Below are positions 1 through 8,386 of a DNA stretch of 42,447 nucleotides, one piece after another. The stretch spans positions 122,326,001 to 122,368,447 of the forward strand of contig CM097886.1 in the NCBI GenBank assembly GCA_044892525.1, read 5' to 3'. Origin of the DNA: Schmidtea polychroa (taxonomy: Eukaryota). The position numbers and the translations under genes were made by a program. Numbering within the stretch: position 1 is the stretch's first letter; every line of letters begins with the position of its first letter. Under the pieces are notes generated by a model. That model did not search any database, was not told the origin of the DNA, and saw only the letters and a program-made list of their open reading frames with translations.

Positions 1-615
1 GAATTACGAGAAGAGAAACGAGAAAACGAGAGATTAGTGAACAAATATATGGAAGACCGGAAAATGATTAAAGTATTAAAGAAAGAATGCAAAGTGCTAG
101 GAAAAGTAAAGAGAGAAGCAGAAGAGAGAAATGAATGGCTGCAGGAACAACGAACACGAGGAAGAAATTGGGAAAGGATTGCAGCGGAATTATGGCAAGA
201 GAGGGCAAGCTTCAAAGCAGAAGAAGTAATCCAAGACTACTGGAAAACAGAGGCGAAAGAACGCCAAACAACTATAAATAAATTAAATCAACAATTGGAA
301 GAAAAACAAAGAGAAAGTGAAAAAATGAAAAAATGGATCCGCAAATACAAAGAAATCGAGAGACAACAACAACAACGAAACCCTCCACAAGAGAACGAAC
401 AAGATTTCCTACAAATCGAGTTAAAAAGAAATCTCGACAAGAAACGAGAAGAAATAAGCAAACTAAAAATGGAGATAAGACACCTAAAAAGGGAAGCCCG
501 TGAAAAGGATCGGCAATTAGAGATGATGTCGGAATTAAGACACCGGGTCATTGAAGCGGAATCTACCCTGATGAGAAATGCCGAAAATAATCCCAAAGGA
601 GAACCATCTAACTAA
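1..615 (+). CDS. 5'-partial coiled-coil protein of unknown function, probably a retroelement accessory ORF
   Basis: The frame is open from base 1 to TAA at 613-615. E/K/R/Q-rich heptad-like sequence throughout (e.g. INKLNQQLEEKQRESEKMKKW, ISKLKMEIRHLKREAREKDRQL). A-rich sense strand, TE-dense context, no recognisable catalytic motif. Confidence 0.6.
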   Translation, partial: ELREEKRENERLVNKYMEDRKMIKVLKKECKVLGKVKREAEERNEWLQEQRTRGRNWERIAAELWQERASFKAEEVIQDYWKTEAKERQTTINKLNQQLEEKQRESEKMKKWIRKYKEIERQQQQRNPPQENEQDFLQIELKRNLDKKREEISKLKMEIRHLKREAREKDRQLEMMSELRHRVIEAESTLMRNAENNPKGEPSN

Positions 616-654
616 AAGCAATTAAAGCCAGTGTAAATAATATAATAATAATAG

Positions 655-1266
655 ATGTATATTAGTACAATGCGGTATGGAATCGTGATAACGGTAATGG
701 TATTGATAAATCACCTGATGGAGAAACAACAATTAAACGCTCAACTGACAAGCATACGAGATCACCGCAATCGAAATCAAAAAGCCAAACCAGAACCTTG
801 CCAATGCCAATACCCCAGTACAATAAAAACCAACATCCTCCACAGTATCCAGTCAACTCGGTCATATGTTAATAACGTCAGAAGTCTGTGCAAAAATCAC
901 CCCATATGCCGAATGATGGACCGAAAAATACTCGAACAAGTCCAACACTTCGATCAGTTGGAACAACAAATACAACAAGAAGTGTTCGAAAATCCGGCCG
1001 AGACAACAGAAACACCCTCAAATAACAGCGACACCCACTACCTTCTCTACGTAGTGATCGCAGAAACTATCTTGTTATGCCTCATAACCTTCCTAAAAAT
1101 CCTCGAAGTTAAGAAAAAATGTCAGAGCTCGAAATCCAGAGCCACCGTACAAAACCCAGCCGAAATAACCAATGTTATCCAAACCACAAGCTCACCCAGA
1201 TTAAACCATAAAGAATCTCCTCAACCATCGTTCAATCGCCCAATCTACCATAACACCAGTTCGTAA
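655..1266 (+). CDS. Small predicted membrane protein (hydrophobic N-terminus, Cys-containing luminal part, C-terminal TM helix followed by a basic patch)
   Basis: Intact 203-aa ORF starting 39 nt after the previous stop. N-terminal YGIVITVMVLINHL; TM-like YLLYVVIAETILLCLITFLKIL followed by EVKKK; four Cys in the luminal part; NNS sequon. AATAAA about 150 nt downstream (~1418). Confidence 0.6.
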   Translation: MYISTMRYGIVITVMVLINHLMEKQQLNAQLTSIRDHRNRNQKAKPEPCQCQYPSTIKTNILHSIQSTRSYVNNVRSLCKNHPICRMMDRKILEQVQHFDQLEQQIQQEVFENPAETTETPSNNSDTHYLLYVVIAETILLCLITFLKILEVKKKCQSSKSRATVQNPAEITNVIQTTSSPRLNHKESPQPSFNRPIYHNTSS

Positions 1267-1892
1267 TTGTAGCAGCAAACCCCAACCAGAACCATCAGAG
1301 TGACCAAACAATGCCAGAACTGAACTAAAAACACTATGTTGTGAAAAACTTTGTTGTGTATATAAACCATCACCATAAGTGATGCCTGCTTGGTCTTGAT
1401 TTGACCTATATCTTATTAATAAAATTTTATTGATGTTTATAATTTTGTTAATCACTATGTTATCTTTTTATGAATGTGCTTATTTTTTTCTGAGAGAATA
1501 AGAGTAACTCAAGTATGTAATTGCGGGACGCAATTTTGTCGGGTCCCCAAGTGATTTGTTGGGCTGAGTCGAAGGGTATCGGAGAGATTAGGTTAAGCAT
1601 AACGAAACTAAAATTAAAAATAAAATTAAAATAAACAAATCTACGAAACAAAGTAGAAAGGAAACAAGAAAAATAATAATTAGAAAATAAGAATTAAAAC
1701 AAAAAAATATAAAAACACGAAAAATTGAAATAGGACAATAAAATGACGGAAAATGACGTAAAATGCAGTAAATAATAAGGAAATTAAAGAAAATAAATAA
1801 AAAATACAATAAAAATAAGGAAAATAGGAGGAAATAGCTCAAAAACAAGGAAAACAAATTAAAGTAATAAAAATAAGCGGTACTCCATTCTG

Positions 1893-1980
1893 ATTGGTCC
1901 GCATAAATAGAAAACTAATATATAAGCAGACACTAAAATCATAACAATTACCGTTCATCTAACCACTACATTAGGTAAGT
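1893..1980 (+). promoter_or_regulatory. Pol II-type promoter directly after the A-rich arm: ATTGG (reverse CCAAT), TATATAAG, then a GTAAGT splice donor
   Basis: gATTGGt at ~1892-1898, TATATAAGCAG at ~1917-1929, GTAAGT at 1975-1980. The spacing is typical of an LTR promoter. Confidence 0.45.
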
Positions 1981-4051
1981 GTATTTTAATTAACAATGAC
2001 CGTTCATCTAACCACTACATTAGAAACCAAAATTCACAGCGACAGCCACAGATTCACCGAAATCATTTCAAGGACTATTCTAGGAATCCAGGAAAACTCA
2101 ACCTATTCTAGTATTAACCATTTCTGTTCAGAACTTTTCGATTCAGCCTATTTGAAAATTTGGTAAGGGATTTTTTCATTATTTAGGTTTACCATGCAAC
2201 GATCATGTATATTTATGAATTTATAGTAGTCTAAATTTAACAATAATTTTTCTCTTTTCGTTTGATTTGAAGGTTTTACTTAATTAAATGTTTTAGTAAT
2301 TTGGTAATAAACGTTTTATTAGGAATTAAAGGATTTTTTATTATTTGTTGATTTTATGATATTTAAAAATTTTGGAGAAACGTGGTGTTGAGATACTCCA
2401 TGTCATGGTGTGAGGTGCCTTCGGGAGCTCAGCCGGTGGACATGGGGTCTTTTCAATCACGCAGCTGATTCGGGCCGTAATGTGGGGGCTTCCTCACGGG
2501 TCCGTCGCTGAAGGAGTGACTAAATTCTATGAAAAACTCATACGAGGAAGTAGGGTAGGAGAATGAATCGATAAATAGGAGAAATTTTGATATGTTCGCG
2601 CAGTGATTGAGGGTGTCACACTAGCGTATTATAACAGCGTCTGATCAAGTTAAAAATCTTCTTTATCATCCAGTAGATCTAGGCAGGTCTTTCGTTAACA
2701 AAACCGTCCAACCTTGGTAGTGCTATAGTTGCCATAGTTCTCGAATTCGCTAGAAATTTAATCTTGAAGTTTTCAGCTACCGATTTTTGCGAGATCGCTA
2801 TTCCTATCGGCTATATGTCCTCTCAAGGATAAAATTGTATGAAATCGCGTAATTAAATAGGTTTAAGTAATCATTAAAAATAAAAGCGAATAACTCCAAT
2901 CAGTAAAAATGTATTTCTCTAAAAAATAATTCATTAGAATAATGTTTACCCAGTAAAGCATAAAATGTCCACATCCCGTCGAGTGGAAAATCCAGCATTG
3001 GAATAAGTAATAAATCTCCAATTTGACAGCAGTAGCCGGCATACATTGATAGCGATGGAGGGCCACGAGACGAGCTGGTAAATCATATTTGAGGGATCGT
3101 GAATTAATTCCAATATTGATGATGTAGAAATCCGGTTTTTCCAAAATATCCATGAGAGATAGCAGGCAGCATTTGAGGTAGATACATGGTTCGTCAGTGA
3201 TGTAATATGTCATAAGGGAAAATACATCTGCATGCATACACAGGCATAGCATAGAGCATGAAGACATCAGTCAGCGATTATGACTAAGTAGAAGTAGGTG
3301 AGAGAAAATTTTCATGCGCCATGCGCTTTAGAATAATCACAGAGGCTACTCGCAATATGTAGATTATACAGACTGTTAATCACAGGAAATCCAACCTGAC
3401 GCGTCAGCTGAAACATAATTCACTGAAACATACTACTGACAGTCACCCGATTTTCTCACCGATCAGAAATGATAGATAGCGGCCAGACAGACATTTTGGG
3501 TACACGTGGTTAAATTCATTTAAATATTCAACTTTGTCTTAATCATTATTATTTTCTCACAACTAAACAAGTGCAAATTAATTTAACAAACTTTTACTCA
3601 TCACAACAAATAATTGTAGAGCAATTGATAGAGTCTTATTTAGGTTGAATAATTAATTTAAAGATAAATCGCCTATCCATGCATAAGATCTACACATCCA
3701 AATTATTTGTCTTGGGGTAAATCTATAATTTAATTTAAACTCTCTTTAAATGCGAGGTACTGTTTTCAGGTAAATGGATTTAATTGTAATTTCATCAACC
3801 TGTAATTTCCCTTATCCAGGATAATACCTTACTTTCCTTCGGTAAAATCTTGCATGAATGATCCACTCTCGTATGAATAATGACCCCAAGCGTACAAGAT
3901 CTGTAGGGTAACGAAATCTCTTCAGGCTAATAAACTCGTTTTGTCTGTATGATAATCTATGATCGGTATGGTATGAGTGTGACTAGATGATGATGTCTCA
4001 CATTTGCCTTAGTTTGATTTTATTCGCATTTCCTCTTCATAGCTATTCAAG

Positions 4052-4792
4052 ATGTCTTCAAGTACCAACAACATTCTTAAACCTTGCTTTTCTTGCTCGG
4101 ACAAGAATTCAATTATCAGGGATCTACAAGCGCAAATTGGAAAATACAAAAGGAAGATCGATGAGTTGGAGGGGACATGGTTTAGTCCCACGCAAATGAA
4201 AGAGACCCAAAAGAAATTGTATCGAAGCGAGCACTGTCGTGATGCTCTCATTTCCGAAAGTCGGGCACAGAGGAGCCTGATAAAAGAGCAGTCGGAAGCA
4301 CTGCATAAACTATACATACAAGCGGCGACCACTAGAAAAATAGCGAAGATCCCAATTAACGAAGCCAGCAATCTCTTCCCAGCGCACCATGATACTTCCG
4401 TCAAGTTTTCGTCTCCACTCGCGAAGTCTTGCCATGGGTGTGTAGAGTCCGAGCTCTCTCCTAAAGACCCAGAGATTGTATTCACCGGAACCAGTAAGGT
4501 CCAGCCAAATCTCGCGTCCTCATCAACCATACAAACGATCACCTCCTCAAAGCCTAAGCGTCGACAGCTGTCTCGAGCTGAACGCAAACGGAAACAACGG
4601 GAACGGGCATCTGTCAAGCAGTGTACATCGTCAATCATCGCTCCAGTCAGCAATAGTGATCTGACGGTGGTCGTCCCAACAACCGGGATCTCCGGGCGAG
4701 TCATCTCCGCCGCCGGGGCGACGTGGGAGGAAAACGCCGCCGAGTTCTTTAATCTGGACGAGTTACTCGCCGACTCGGAGTGGGAGAAATGA
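4052..4792 (+). CDS. Uncharacterised 'TWFSP' coiled-coil/basic protein, intact copy (246 aa)
   Basis: Intact ATG-to-TGA ORF with higher GC than its flanks. KRKIDELEGTWFSPTQMKE motif, basic SKPKRRQLSRAERKRKQRER segment, acidic/aromatic C-terminus. Homologous to the ORFs at 12362-13024 and 20067-20507. AATAAA at 4928-4933. Confidence 0.75.
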   Translation: MSSSTNNILKPCFSCSDKNSIIRDLQAQIGKYKRKIDELEGTWFSPTQMKETQKKLYRSEHCRDALISESRAQRSLIKEQSEALHKLYIQAATTRKIAKIPINEASNLFPAHHDTSVKFSSPLAKSCHGCVESELSPKDPEIVFTGTSKVQPNLASSSTIQTITSSKPKRRQLSRAERKRKQRERASVKQCTSSIIAPVSNSDLTVVVPTTGISGRVISAAGATWEENAAEFFNLDELLADSEWEK

Positions 4793-4952
4793 GGATTTCC
4801 CCGGAAAATGGCCTCCTTCTCCGTAGAGGATTGAACTTCTTCTGTTGTCGTTTTCTACCTTGGTGTTATTCAGTTCGTGTAAAATTCCTTGTATAAATTC
4901 TCTAGGTGTTTATATAGTAAATTTAATAATAAAAATTTTTCGTTTATGTATG

Positions 4953-5563
4953 TGTTATCTTGTGTGTTGAACTTAGAGAATAATATGAACTTGCAAATGG
5001 CACTGAGAGTTGCAGAGAATAAGGAGTATTGGTCAATTGGTAATTCCAGCTAGAAATCTTGCGATGGGCGACAAAAGAAAATGACGTAAGTCCTTCTATC
5101 GGCAGTCAGGGTTAGGAAGTCGAGGCCTCAGTAGGGAGTAGTCCGAAGGAGATGGCTCACCTGCCTACTGGCGTCTCGCCGGCATAGCACAGTTCCAACG
5201 TGAAGCGATTCACGGGTGCTATGTTGGAGGGTAGATTATGTACGGGTCCTGCTCGGCAATGACCAGAATCAAGACGAGCGTAATCGATATGGGGCATTCA
5301 TCCTCTGGACTGAAAGCGGTAATGAAGGGGGTCATCCGGGTAGTCACCCGCCAACAGAAACAGTATTTTAAAAATATCATGGATATTAATGAATAAGGGA
5401 GTAAATAAAAATATAGATTATTACTCAATTGTATTAAACTGAATTTAGATTTAACACGTTCACCCCGGCGCGGATCACCGGTGGCCCGCACTAACCTGTC
5501 CCATCGGGCGGCGTGTACCACCGGTGGGACGTATTTGATTGTGTTGTTAGACGGTACGTAACA
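4953..5563. mobile_element. LTR-like segment (family 2; TGTTATC...TACGTAACA) nested in copy 1
   Basis: TGTTA/TAACA inverted termini. The right end gttgttagacggtacgtaaca resembles gttgttaaggttacgtaaca at 21675-21694. No matching TSD (tatg/ttaa), so the boundaries are tentative. Confidence 0.45.
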
Positions 5564-5619
5564 TTAAATATTTAGATCTTTAACACTGACTGCCGAAACA
5601 GAAGATAGTGCGCAATTTT

Positions 5620-6152
5620 TTATGAATATACCAAGCATTCGCGAGGGAAGTTACGAATATTAATTGTATTACTACTTTTTGATACCATTTTTCGAGTCCA
5701 TTTCAAAAATTTTACACTGCTACGATTTTCGAAACTCATAATTTCACTACGTTTTTGTTTTTGTTTTGCCTGCGGTGGAAGGAATTTTTTGTTTATTTTT
5801 TTACAGTACCACAAATAAATGTATTTTTCTCTAAAAGTTCTTCACCCAAAGTGACACTTGTATAATAATTATTAGTAAATAATATGCGGCCCTCAAATAA
5901 TAAGCCATTTAGTAATCTCATTACTACATCGTGGGAATATGATTTTTCAATGATCGTTACATTTTTTCCGGTATAAATTTCGATATTATAAGTGTAACCT
6001 TCAGGCAAACATAATTTGTATAACTTTATGTCATACTTATGTCGCTTGCCTTGGATGTATTGACGAAAACCTTGACGTCCTCTCCATTGAACCATACTTT
6101 TATCGATAACGATATTTTTGCCAGGTTTAATAGCACTTTTGAAAGTATCCAC
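5620..6152 (-). pseudogene. piggyBac-family transposase fragment (DDE_Tnp_1_7 / PGBD-like)
   Basis: IVIDKSMVQWRGRQGFRQYIQGKRHKYDIKLYKLC...GYTYNIEIYTG...NNYYTSVTLGEELL...CGT matches the piggyBac IDESM..F.GR...QY...K..KYG and DN.YTS..L motifs. Catalytic residues are altered and the frame is broken. Confidence 0.9.
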
Positions 6153-7014
6153 AATTGCTTCAACAATTGTTGTGATATAGTTTGGGTCTATGTTGATAGT
6201 GTGGTAATATTAATTAAATTGTTATTATTATTGTTTTATTATAGTTGTGGTAAGTTTGCTGGAGAGTTTAATAGAGCCCAACCGAGTTTCCTTTAAAAAG
6301 AACTGTCTCAGGATAGCTGGGATGTTTGTTTGTAGGTTATTTTATACAAGTAACAACTAAAATAAATACGAAATGGGTAAATTACAACAAAAAATAATAT
6401 TAAACTTTCAAAACGTTTATTTAACAATAAATCAAAGACCTTTATGAAATTCACGGGAGTCCGTGGATCAGAAGGAATTGTTATTGTTGCTTTGTACTTG
6501 GATATTCGGCATGAATTTCGACGTTTTTCATTATTTCCTATAGGTATTGTAGTGTTATCCTACGATGTTATATACCTAGAAGAACCCGAAAGAGTTACCG
6601 TTTAAAAAAATATATTGTAGCGGGACAATCGGGGTGCATTTTTGTATTGTTCTGTATAACAAAAAAAGGGAGAATGATAAAACTTATATGATATAATATA
6701 ATTATTAATAACTACAATTATTATTATTAAATATTAAAGTCAAATGATTAATCAACCTTGATGATTTTCAGAATAAAATTGGAATTTACAGCTGATTCTT
6801 CTTTTTTATTGTTGACGTTTGTTAAGGTATTCCAAATCCTCGAGGATATTTCTAATATAATGTTTTAACAGTTGATGGAATTCTAATATAATGTTTTAAC
6901 AGTTGATTGAATTCTCGAAAGACTTCGAATTTCAAGATTGAATGGGATATAATTAATTTTATTCTTTCAGTTAATTTTTATGCTTGATTATTTTATTTTT
7001 TTTAAACTATTTCC

Positions 7015-7050
7015 TATAGCGATAATTCACCAAGGTAAATTATCGCTATA
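7015..7050. repeat. 36-bp near-perfect palindrome (copy A of a dispersed hairpin element)
   Basis: tatagcgataattcacc-aa-ggtaaattatcgctata followed by TAGTTTTTTT. Related copies at 18977 and 40564. Confidence 0.85.
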
Positions 7051-8386
7051 TAGTTTTTTTAATAAAAAAGATAAGTAACAAACACATTCTTCTCCACGTG
7101 CAACATGTGAGATTGTAATTTACATTTAAATCATATAACTAACACAAGATAAAAAATAAGGTATTACAATACATTACAGGTATCTTCTTAATGTTGGATT
7201 AGAATCTTTTGTTTCATAGACTTTCCTTGACTCTTGGTCGGTTAATATGCCATTTCATACCACTGTGTATTAGGCCCGACAGATACAGATCGAATCTTAC
7301 CGAAGGGAGGGGTATACGAGGTCTATGGTGGTACTCCTTACGTGTGGGTCATAAATGGGCATAATCACTGCGATGAACTAAATTTTCCCTATATTCGTTT
7401 GGTAATCGCTTTATATTACTGTTACCTAGCTTAATGAACTATGCTAATATCTTTACTTTAATTATTATTTAGGATTGAAAACACATAAACATGAATTAGT
7501 CCACTGGTTTTTTATGACAAATTAATTTTACATTGATTTATTTGGCTGAATGTGTCGAATTTTAATTTATTCAATAAACACAACTATAGACAATTACTGT
7601 CAATTACCGAGATATTTTCCGCTAAGTGGAATCTATGGATTAAAGGTGACTTTATTTCTCTCTACTGATGTCTGGCATTTATGTGTAGTAATCGTGTTTA
7701 TTTTGATGTTGACATTACTAGCTCGGAATGGTAAGACAGTAACATTTAAAGATGTGCCAGTCTCCTTGCCTCTAACAGAAGACTCATTACTAACAGAAGA
7801 TATCCCTCCTATATAATTTCAGATTCCTTAATTGCTTGTCTCCCTTCACCTCCTTTACGAGAACCAAATGACTACTCCTTATATATTCCTTTAAAAACCT
7901 TAAACGAATATCCTTCTTCATCAGTTAAGAAAGCTACTAATTCTACACTTTCAAATATTAAATTTACAAAAGAAAACTAGACAATATAGTTTTACTAATA
8001 GAACTGATGTCCCAATTCCCCGATCTAATTTTACTACGAGTTTCAAGCAACTATTCCAAACAGTTTAATTTTAAATTGATAAACTTTTTCTGTTGAATGA
8101 AAATCGGTAAAGTTTATACAACAATTAGGTAAATTAACTTAAATAAAAAGCTTTAACATTTAACACAAGCTCCAACCGTGGATTAATAATCATTATTCCG
8201 CAGTCAGGCAATCTTTTACTTGCCCTTCACCTTATCACCAAATTCTACTAGTCCAACCCTAACATTTAGTCGCCCAACTGATCTGATAAAGTAAACATTT
8301 TGGTTGTCTCAAAATCTGAGCATATCATAGATCAAAATTACAATGTTAGAAATATTAATATTTATTGATCCAGATAATTAACTTAC

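Larger units (their letters stand above)
1557..8279 (+). mobile_element. Family-1 solo-LTR-like element (copy 1) with internal ORF and nested insertions
   Basis: Starts TGTTGGGCTGAG followed by an A-rich tract; ends GTCGCCCAACT (degenerate CCCAACA). Flanks GATT/GATC (3 of 4 match). Ends resemble those of the 11730-14234 element in the opposite orientation. Contains ORF 4052-4792 and nested LTR and piggyBac pieces. Confidence 0.6.

Noticed and set aside
288-596. Minus-strand ORF 288-596, and similarly 4009-4704, 12498-12779, 19720-20319 and 20042-20386
   Set aside because: Antisense shadows of better-supported ORFs on the other strand.
1588-1857. F/L/I-rich hydrophobic ORF (also 10223-10735 and 18967-19215)
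   Set aside because: Translation artefact of A-rich or T-rich low-complexity DNA.
5484-5515. TAAC...GTCCCA motif suggestive of a twister or HDV-like ribozyme
   Set aside because: Lacks the AGCCC/GAGGG pseudoknot partners of twister and the HDV P1.1/J4-2 pattern.
6851-6915. 31-bp tandem duplication; also a 15-bp duplication at ~9229-9260 and a 21-bp duplication at ~40728-40770
   Set aside because: Ordinary slippage duplications with no further signal.
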